Shown here: one piece after another, positions 51,507 to 57,879 of the stretch | Numbering within the stretch: the first letter of the stretch is position 1 | Layout: each line of letters opens with the position of its first letter | Source of the DNA: Rhodospirillales bacterium | GTDB taxonomy: Bacteria; Pseudomonadota; Alphaproteobacteria; Rhodospirillales; Magnetospirillaceae | Direction of reading: 5' to 3' | DNA length: 57,879 nt | NCBI GenBank assembly: GCA_015654615.1 | Contig: JAATGN010000167.1 | Span: 1-57,879 of the forward strand | The notes under the pieces: generated by a model | The model's database searches: none | What the model saw: only the letters and a program-made list of their open reading frames with translations | What the model was told of the DNA's origin: nothing | Made by a program: the position numbers and the translations under genes

Positions 51507-52500
51507 CCGTCCAATCCTGATCGTTGACGACGAGCCCAACAATCTCGCCCTGCTGCGCCAGATTCTGAAGGACGACTACCCCCTGGCCTTCGCCCAGGGC
51601 GGCGAGGCGGCGCTGGCCGGCGTGGCGAAGCATCGGCCCAGCCTGATCCTGCTCGACATCCAGATGCCCGACCTCGACGGCTACGAGGTCTGCCGGCGGC
51701 TCAAGGCCGATCCGGCCACCGAGGCCATTCCGGTGATCTTCGTCTCGGCCCTGGCGGAGGTCGGCGACGAGGCGGCCGGCTTCGCCATCGGCGGAGTGGA
51801 CTACATCCTGAAACCGGTGTCGGCGCCGATCGTCCGGGCCCGGGTGCGAACCCACCTGTCCCTGGTGCGGGCCAGCGAACTGGAAAAGAGCCAGCGGGCG
51901 GCAATCTACATGCTGGGCGAGGCGGGCCATCACAACGATACCGACACCGGGGTGCACATCTGGCGGATGGCGGCTTACAGCCGGGCCCTGGCCGAAGCGG
52001 TGGGCTGGCCGGCCGGGGACCTGGCGATGATCGAACTGGCGGCGCCGATGCACGACACCGGCAAGGTCGCCATTCCCGACGCGATTCTCCGCAAGCCGGG
52101 CCCGCTCACCGAAGCGGAGTGGGCGGTGATGCGGACCCATGCCCGGGTGGGCCATCAGATCCTTTCCATGAGCGACGCGCCGTTGTTTCGGATGGCCGCC
52201 GAAATCGCCCTCGGCCATCACGAAAAATGGGACGGCAGCGGTTATCCGGAAGGCGCCAGCGGCGCCGCCATCCCGGAATCGGCCCGTATCGTGGCGGTGG
52301 CCGACGTCTTCGACGCGCTGAGCATGCGGCGTCCCTACAAGGAGGCCTGGCCGCTGGAAAAAGTGCTGGCGACCCTGGACCAGGCGGCCGGAACGCATTT
52401 CGAGCCGCGGCTGATCGAGACCTTCCACCGCATCCTGCCGACCATCTGCGACCTCAAGGAGCAGTGGGACGCCCGGGAAACGACTCGGGCCGCGGAATAA
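51496..52500 (+). CDS. Response regulator with HD-GYP cyclic di-GMP phosphodiesterase domain (RpfG-like)
   Basis: REC domain plus MHDTGK, HHEKWDGSGYP and ADVFDAL. Confidence 0.93.
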
Positions 52501-52618
52501 CCGACCGGGCGTTGCCGATGCCGTGATGAATGAAACCCATCACCATCTGGGTTCCCGCGGGAACTGACTTGGCACGATGTTCTCTTCGATCACGGTCGTG
52601 CGGATTTCGGCCATCCGG

Positions 52619-52966
52619 TCAGTTCCCAGACGTGGCAGTATCCTCGTGCCTGCCGGCCAGCGCTCTCGCCACGTCGACGAGAGTTGTCAGGGCTCTCTTG
52701 TTCATTGATAAGGCTGCGTCCAGAATTTCTTGTCGCAGACGCTCTTCTTCGGATGTCTCCAGGGGCGGACCAAAACCCAACAGCACGTCGGGTCTCGTTC
52801 CAAGGACGCGGCAGATGCGGACGAAGGTGGCGAGGTCCGGCTCCCGCTTGTCCACCACATAGTTCGAATACCGCGATTGGCTCAAGTCGAGCCGACGGGC
52901 CACCTCGGTGTCCGACAGGCCCAATTCCCGTGCGCGCGTGCGCAGCTTTTCTCCGAGACTATCCAT
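52619..52966 (-). CDS. XRE-family HTH regulator
   Basis: LRTRARELGLSDTEVARRLDLSQSRYSNYV..KREPD. Confidence 0.85.
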   Translation of the reverse strand: MDSLGEKLRTRARELGLSDTEVARRLDLSQSRYSNYVVDKREPDLATFVRICRVLGTRPDVLLGFGPPLETSEEERLRQEILDAALSMNKRALTTLVDVARALAGRHEDTATSGN

Positions 52967-53241
52967 ATCGGATTTGTCTCGCGAACTGGCCGGTGGGCGC
53001 TAACGACTTATCGTGCTTATATTAACGACGATTTGTCGTTATCTGGCGCGAAACAGTGCGATATCGAGCCATAGGAAGTACCTCTCGGTCGTGGATGGAC
53101 TGATAGCAGTGCGTTCCTCAACCTCTTTCTCTCGGGATTGGAAGCGAATGGCAGGACCGCGTCCACAATTCGGCCCGCCGAGACCAAAAGATGGGAGCCC
53201 CCTGATGGGAAGCCCATAAAGCGGCGGGACGGGGGGCAATC

Positions 53242-53604
53242 GTGCGAGTACTCGTCGTCGATGATAATGATTTGGTGCGCGCCGCCGTCGTGAAGCTTGT
53301 GAGCATGCTGGGGGCAGATGTCGAAGCTGCTTCAAATGGCAAAGACGCGCTTGACGTCTTCCGCACGAGCCAACCCGATTTGCTCATAACAGACTTAAAC
53401 ATGCCAGTTATCGACGGTGTCTCTCTGATCAGGCTGGTCAGGCAAGGGGAGCCGCCCATCCCCGTCGTGCTGATAACGGGCGAGCCGGAAGCCGTGCCGA
53501 ACGAGGTGTTTCTTTTGGATCGTGTTCTGGTCCTACGGAAACCGGTAAGCGGTGGGCAACTGATCGCAGCCATCTTCCATGACTGGAAGCACATTCCGGC
53601 ATGA
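53242..53604 (+). CDS. Single-domain response regulator
   Basis: VLVVDD, DLLITDLNMP, ITG and RKP. Confidence 0.85.
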   Translation: MRVLVVDDNDLVRAAVVKLVSMLGADVEAASNGKDALDVFRTSQPDLLITDLNMPVIDGVSLIRLVRQGEPPIPVVLITGEPEAVPNEVFLLDRVLVLRKPVSGGQLIAAIFHDWKHIPA

Positions 53605-53616
53605 CGGACCGTTCGG

Positions 53617-54384
53617 TCAGGGCATGAATTGTTCGGCCAGGATTCGTTCCTCGAGATTATGTTCGGGGTCGAACAGCAGGTCGAGGCCCGTGCTGCGGTC
53701 TTCATGGACCTCGACCTGCACCACGTCGCGCACCTCGGTATAGTCGGCCACCGCCGAAACCGGCCGCTTTTCGCTCTCGAGAATTTCAAACGAGACTTTG
53801 GCCTTGTGCGACAGCAGGGCGCCGCGCCAGCGCCGGGGGCGGAAGGCCGAGATGGAGGTCAGGGCGAGAACGCCGGCTCCCATCGGGACGATCGGGCCAT
53901 GCGCCGAAAGATTGTAGGCCGTGCTGCCGGCCGGGGTGGAAACCAGCACGCCGTCGCAGATCAATTCCTCGAGCCGGACCCTGCCGTCGACGCGGATGCG
54001 GATCTTGGCGGCCTGGCGGGTTTCGCGCAGCAGGGAGACTTCGTTGATCGCCAGCGCCTCATGGGTTTGTCCGTCGACGCTGACGGCGCGCATGACCAGG
54101 GGATGCAGGCGGACGGTTTCCGCCCGCTCGAGTCGTTCCATCAGCGCGTCGTCGCTGTAGACGTTGAGCAGGAAGCCGACCGTGCCGCGGTTCATGCCGT
54201 AGATCGGCACGTGTCGGTCGATATGGCGGTGCAGGGTTTCCAGCATGAAGCCGTCGCCGCCCAAAGCGACGATGACGTCGGCCTGATCCGGCTCGACCGC
54301 GCCATAACGGCGGTTCAGATGGTCCAGAGCGTGCTGTGCGGCGTCATTGTCGGAAGCGACGAAGGCGGCACGGGCAAATTTCAT
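53617..54384 (-). CDS. nadK: NAD kinase
   Basis: [19 protein letters not shown] and [13 protein letters not shown]. Confidence 0.95.
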   Translation of the reverse strand: MKFARAAFVASDNDAAQHALDHLNRRYGAVEPDQADVIVALGGDGFMLETLHRHIDRHVPIYGMNRGTVGFLLNVYSDDALMERLERAETVRLHPLVMRAVSVDGQTHEALAINEVSLLRETRQAAKIRIRVDGRVRLEELICDGVLVSTPAGSTAYNLSAHGPIVPMGAGVLALTSISAFRPRRWRGALLSHKAKVSFEILESEKRPVSAVADYTEVRDVVQVEVHEDRSTGLDLLFDPEHNLEERILAEQFMP

Positions 54385-54564
54385 CGGTATGTTCCCGCTG
54401 ATGAGCGGGCGAGTATAGCGCAGCGGCGCGCATTCGCCATGGGCTGGTATGAAATGCCGGCGGTTCTCATGACGAGGAATTTGGGGGCGAGGCTCCCGGG
54501 AACAGCCGATGGCGGCGCGAGCCGGAATGAGCCCCGTCGCCTCGGCCGGCCGAGGTTTGGAAAA

Positions 54565-55554
54565 TCAACCACCGGTGGTGTTCATATGGCGGGCCAGGGC
54601 CGGGCGCTGATGATCGTGGTCGATGAGGAAGTCGTGCCCTTTCGACTTGTGGGCGATCGCCCCGAGGATGGCCCCTTCCAGGGCGGCATCGGACTCGCCT
54701 TGGCGCAGGGGGCCCCGCAGGTCGACGGCGTCCTCCTGTCCCAGGCAGGGGTAGAGCGTGCCGGTGCAGGTGACGCGCACCCGATTGCAGCCGTCGCAGA
54801 AATGTTCCGTCAATGGGGTGATGAAGCCGAGTTTCCGGCCGGTTTCGGCAACACGGACATAGCGGGCCGGACCGCCGCTGGAAAAGGCCAGCGGCTCGAG
54901 CGTCCAATGGGTTTCGAGGCGCCGGCGAACGGCATCGAGAGGAAGATATTGCTCGAGGCGATCGCCGCCGATGTCGCCCAAAGGCATGGTTTCGATCAGG
55001 GTCAGATCGAAGCCCCGCTCGCCGCACCAGGCGATCAGGCAGTCGATCTCATATTCGTTCACCCCTTTCAGCGCCACGGTATTGATCTTCACGGCCAGTC
55101 CGGCGTCCTTGGCGGCACCGATGCCCTCCAGGACCTTGGCGAGATCGCCGGCCCGGGTGATGCGGCGGAACATGTCGGGGTCGAGGCTGTCCAGGGAAAC
55201 ATTGATGCGGCGGACCCCGGCGGCGGCCAGGCCGGCGGCATGGGCGGCCAGCTGGGTGCCGTTGGTGGTCAGGGTCAATTCGTCGAGGCGGCCGGCCGCG
55301 ACATGCTCGCCCAATCGTTCGATCAGAGACATGATGCCGCGGCGAACCAGCGGTTCGCCGCCGGTCAGGCGCAGTTTGCGGACCCCGAGCCGCAGGAAGG
55401 CGCCGGCCAGCCGCTCCAGCTCCTCCAGGCTGAGAACGTCGGCCTTGGGAAGAAACGCCATGTCCTCGGCCATGCAATAGACGCAGCGAAGATCGCAGCG
55501 GTCGGTGACGGACAGCCGCAGATAGGTGACGGAGCGGCCAAAAGAATCGATCAT
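54565..55554 (-). CDS. moaA: GTP 3',8-cyclase
   Basis: [33 protein letters not shown] and C-terminal GG. Confidence 0.96.
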   Translation of the reverse strand: MIDSFGRSVTYLRLSVTDRCDLRCVYCMAEDMAFLPKADVLSLEELERLAGAFLRLGVRKLRLTGGEPLVRRGIMSLIERLGEHVAAGRLDELTLTTNGTQLAAHAAGLAAAGVRRINVSLDSLDPDMFRRITRAGDLAKVLEGIGAAKDAGLAVKINTVALKGVNEYEIDCLIAWCGERGFDLTLIETMPLGDIGGDRLEQYLPLDAVRRRLETHWTLEPLAFSSGGPARYVRVAETGRKLGFITPLTEHFCDGCNRVRVTCTGTLYPCLGQEDAVDLRGPLRQGESDAALEGAILGAIAHKSKGHDFLIDHDHQRPALARHMNTTGG

Positions 55555-55760
55555 GAGACGGGTTCCATTTTGCCGGCCTTCGCCGACGATCGATGAAGTT
55601 TTGACTATATGGCGACGGCGGCGCGGCGCTTCCATACCTTATCCGGCGAAAAGGCGAGGGAACGCCCGGTCTTGCGTCGCCTCGCCCAGGGCTCTGTCCG
55701 TGCCGGCGAACCGGGCTTATGCTGGTGCCGCAGGGCAAGGCGCGCGGAGGAGGAGCGGAT

Positions 55761-56255
55761 ATGCAGGACGAGGAATGGCTGTCGCGCCGCTACTACGGCG
55801 GAGACCTGCCGGTCGAGGCCGAACGCGCCTTGCATCAGGCGGCCTTGAGCTTCGCCGACCAACCTCTTGCCGAAAGCCATCTGCGCCGCGCCCGGGACAT
55901 CGCGCCCGGTCATCTCGCCGTATCGATCGGAACCTACAAATTCTACCTCTACCATCATCGGCTGGCCGATGCCCTGCCCCATGCCGAGGCCTGCGTGCAA
56001 GAGGCGGCCCGCCGGCTGGACCTGGACGGCGACTGGCGGAGCGTCCGGTCCGACCAGGCCGATTTTTCCGGCATCGAGGCCGCGCCGCGCCTGTTCCTGT
56101 TTTCTCTCTTTGCCTTGGGCTATCTCCTGGTTCGCCTGGACCGCGGAGTCGAAGGCCGCCGGGTGCTGGAACATCTTCTGGTCTTGGATCCCACCGACAA
56201 GCTGGGCGTCGCCGGCCTTCTGGGCATCATCGACCGGGCCGGGGCGGACGAGTGA
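55761..56255 (+). CDS. Hypothetical TPR-like protein
   Basis: Strong ggaggagg RBS; helical Ala/Leu-rich sequence with YKFYLYHHRL. Confidence 0.7.
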   Translation: MQDEEWLSRRYYGGDLPVEAERALHQAALSFADQPLAESHLRRARDIAPGHLAVSIGTYKFYLYHHRLADALPHAEACVQEAARRLDLDGDWRSVRSDQADFSGIEAAPRLFLFSLFALGYLLVRLDRGVEGRRVLEHLLVLDPTDKLGVAGLLGIIDRAGADE

Positions 56256-56265
56256 CGGCGCTCCT

Positions 56266-56982
56266 TCAGCCATAAAGAAGATAGAAGCGATCGAAGGTCC
56301 GGCGCAGGTCGGACAACGCGGCCCGGATCGGATCGCGCTGGCCCCGCATGACCGCCACCTTGAGGCCGCGAACCTGCCGGGTCAGGTTTTCCAGGGCATC
56401 CAGAAATGCCGGATCGGCCGCCCACTGCGGCGGCGCGCGCTTTTCCAGTCTTTCGCCGAGATAGCCGAGGACGCCGACCTGCTCGCAAAGCTGGACGAAT
56501 TGATCGGGGGAAATTTCGCTCTCATCGAAATCGTCGTCGGCCGTTTCGGCCAGTTTGTCGTCGAAGGCATCCAACTGATCGGCATAGGCGTCGCCGTCGC
56601 CGGCCCGGCGGAGGTCGGCCAGCATCGGGCGGATTTGCAGCAACGTCAGATGCGCCTGATCGAGCCGGTCGCGATCGGCCTCGGCCGTCGCCTTTGCGGC
56701 CACCTCGGCGATGCCGTGAAGCCGTTGGGCGGTTTCCTCGTCGGCCGCGCGGCAGTCGATCCAGCGATCGATGACGTCGTCCCAGCTCATGCCGAAGGCG
56801 CGCAAGGCGGCCTTCGCGGCGGCGCCGTCGCGATGTTCGGGATCGGATTGATAAAGGGCGTCCCGGTATTGAGCCGATGCGTCGGCGAAATGCTCGTCGC
56901 ATCGGGCGTCGGCGGCGGCGGCCGGTCCCGCCCCAAGCGCGGCGAGCAGGACCAGCAGTCGGATCTTCGTCATGGGCGGCAT
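56266..56982 (-). CDS. Hypothetical exported alpha-helical protein
   Basis: Signal peptide (KIRLLVLLAALGAGPAAA) and host-like codon usage. Confidence 0.65.
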   Translation of the reverse strand: MPPMTKIRLLVLLAALGAGPAAAADARCDEHFADASAQYRDALYQSDPEHRDGAAAKAALRAFGMSWDDVIDRWIDCRAADEETAQRLHGIAEVAAKATAEADRDRLDQAHLTLLQIRPMLADLRRAGDGDAYADQLDAFDDKLAETADDDFDESEISPDQFVQLCEQVGVLGYLGERLEKRAPPQWAADPAFLDALENLTRQVRGLKVAVMRGQRDPIRAALSDLRRTFDRFYLLYG

Positions 56983-57237
56983 CGTTTCTCTCGGACCGCC
57001 GGTTCCGGCCCGGCGCAGGCATGTTCCATTCTCCCCGTGATCATTATGGAGGGCGCGGCGTTTGGAGCAAGAGATGCTTGCGGCGGGCCGGCGGCCGCAT
57101 ATCCTGACGACAAGAAAGGGCATCGGTGGCATTTTTGTCGTATCCAGTCCTCAACTGAGGACTGTGGCCGGGCAAAGGGGGCATTATGGTGAGGCTGTCG
57201 AGATCGTGCGACGGAGGGGACTGTGGGGGCGGGGGCA

Positions 57238-57879
57238 ATGGCTGACGACGACGCCGGAACATTGGGGGAGCTGCTGTGCGCCCGCCTTTGCCACGATCTG
57301 GCGGGGGCCGTCGGCGCCGTCGGAACCGGCGTCGAACTTCTCGCCGATGAAGCCGACGCCCAGGGACTCGCCGCCGATGCCCTGGCCTTGCTGGCCGGCA
57401 GCGCTTCGGCGGCGGTGCGCCGCCTGAAGTTTTTGCGGTTGGCCCTGGGCGGCGGCGGACCGGCCATGTCCTCCGACCAGCTGCGCGGTCTGATCGATGA
57501 TTTTTTGGGGGCCCAGATGGGGGACGCCCAGGCGTTGCGGCTCGACTGGGGCGACGCCGGACAGCGCGTTTGGGGCGGCGACGACGTCAAATTGCTGCTG
57601 AACCTGGTCCTGCTCGCCCGCGACTGTCTTCCCCGCGGCGGCGTGGTGAGCGTCGCCATGCCGGCGAGCGGAGCGCCGTCGGGCCTGAGCGTCGCGGCGC
57701 AGGGCGTTCGCGCGGTGGCGGGGGAGGCGGCGAAGGCGCTGCGGGCGACCGATGTCGCCGGGCTGAAGCCGCGCAGCGCGCAAGGATATTATACGACGCT
57801 GCTCGCCCGGCGGTTGGGCTTGTCGATCAATTATGAAGACAGTCATGACCGGGTGGTATTCGTGACGATCAAAAACTAA
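57238..57879 (+). CDS. chpT: Histidine phosphotransferase ChpT
   Basis: ELLCARLCHDLAGAVGA, LKFLRLALG, KLLLNL..LPRGG and AQGYY. Confidence 0.88.
   Translation: MADDDAGTLGELLCARLCHDLAGAVGAVGTGVELLADEADAQGLAADALALLAGSASAAVRRLKFLRLALGGGGPAMSSDQLRGLIDDFLGAQMGDAQALRLDWGDAGQRVWGGDDVKLLLNLVLLARDCLPRGGVVSVAMPASGAPSGLSVAAQGVRAVAGEAAKALRATDVAGLKPRSAQGYYTTLLARRLGLSINYEDSHDRVVFVTIKN

Noticed and set aside
52569-52586. Possible sigma-54 promoter TTGGCACGATGTTCTC
   Set aside because: Good -24 element but no GC at -12 and no suitably oriented gene immediately downstream

Overview
High-GC alphaproteobacterial (Rhodospirillaceae-like) chromosomal window. Most of it is housekeeping: queA-tgt-queF-queG, phaR/phaC-like/phaB, cvrA, gloB, metX-metW, class I lysS, a DinG-family helicase, pyrD, NAD kinase, moaA, chpT, and a hybrid kinase plus HD-GYP regulator pair. 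An accessory block between metX and lysS (20.7-35.7 kb) holds the two most interesting items. (1) A 3,474-aa Thr/Ala/Leu/Gln octapeptide-repeat protein with a strict 192-aa (576-bp) super-repeat and no recognisable export signal. It lies behind a good sigma-54 promoter with an IHF-like site and is followed by a TPR-GT41 (O-GlcNAc transferase-like) gene. (2) A 2,132-bp transposase-less element with short terminal inverted repeats and a TAAA target duplication, inserted into the last codon of lysS. It carries a wHTH-DUF488 gene and an uncharacterised partner with beta-clamp-like motifs, a candidate defence or DNA-repair module. Also seen: REP/REPIN-like palindromes, a 10-bp-repeat inverted element beside a vapC remnant, an S24 repressor lacking both catalytic residues, and a small PhaE-like ORF overlapping phaC. 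All calls come from motif recognition by eye; no database searches were run.
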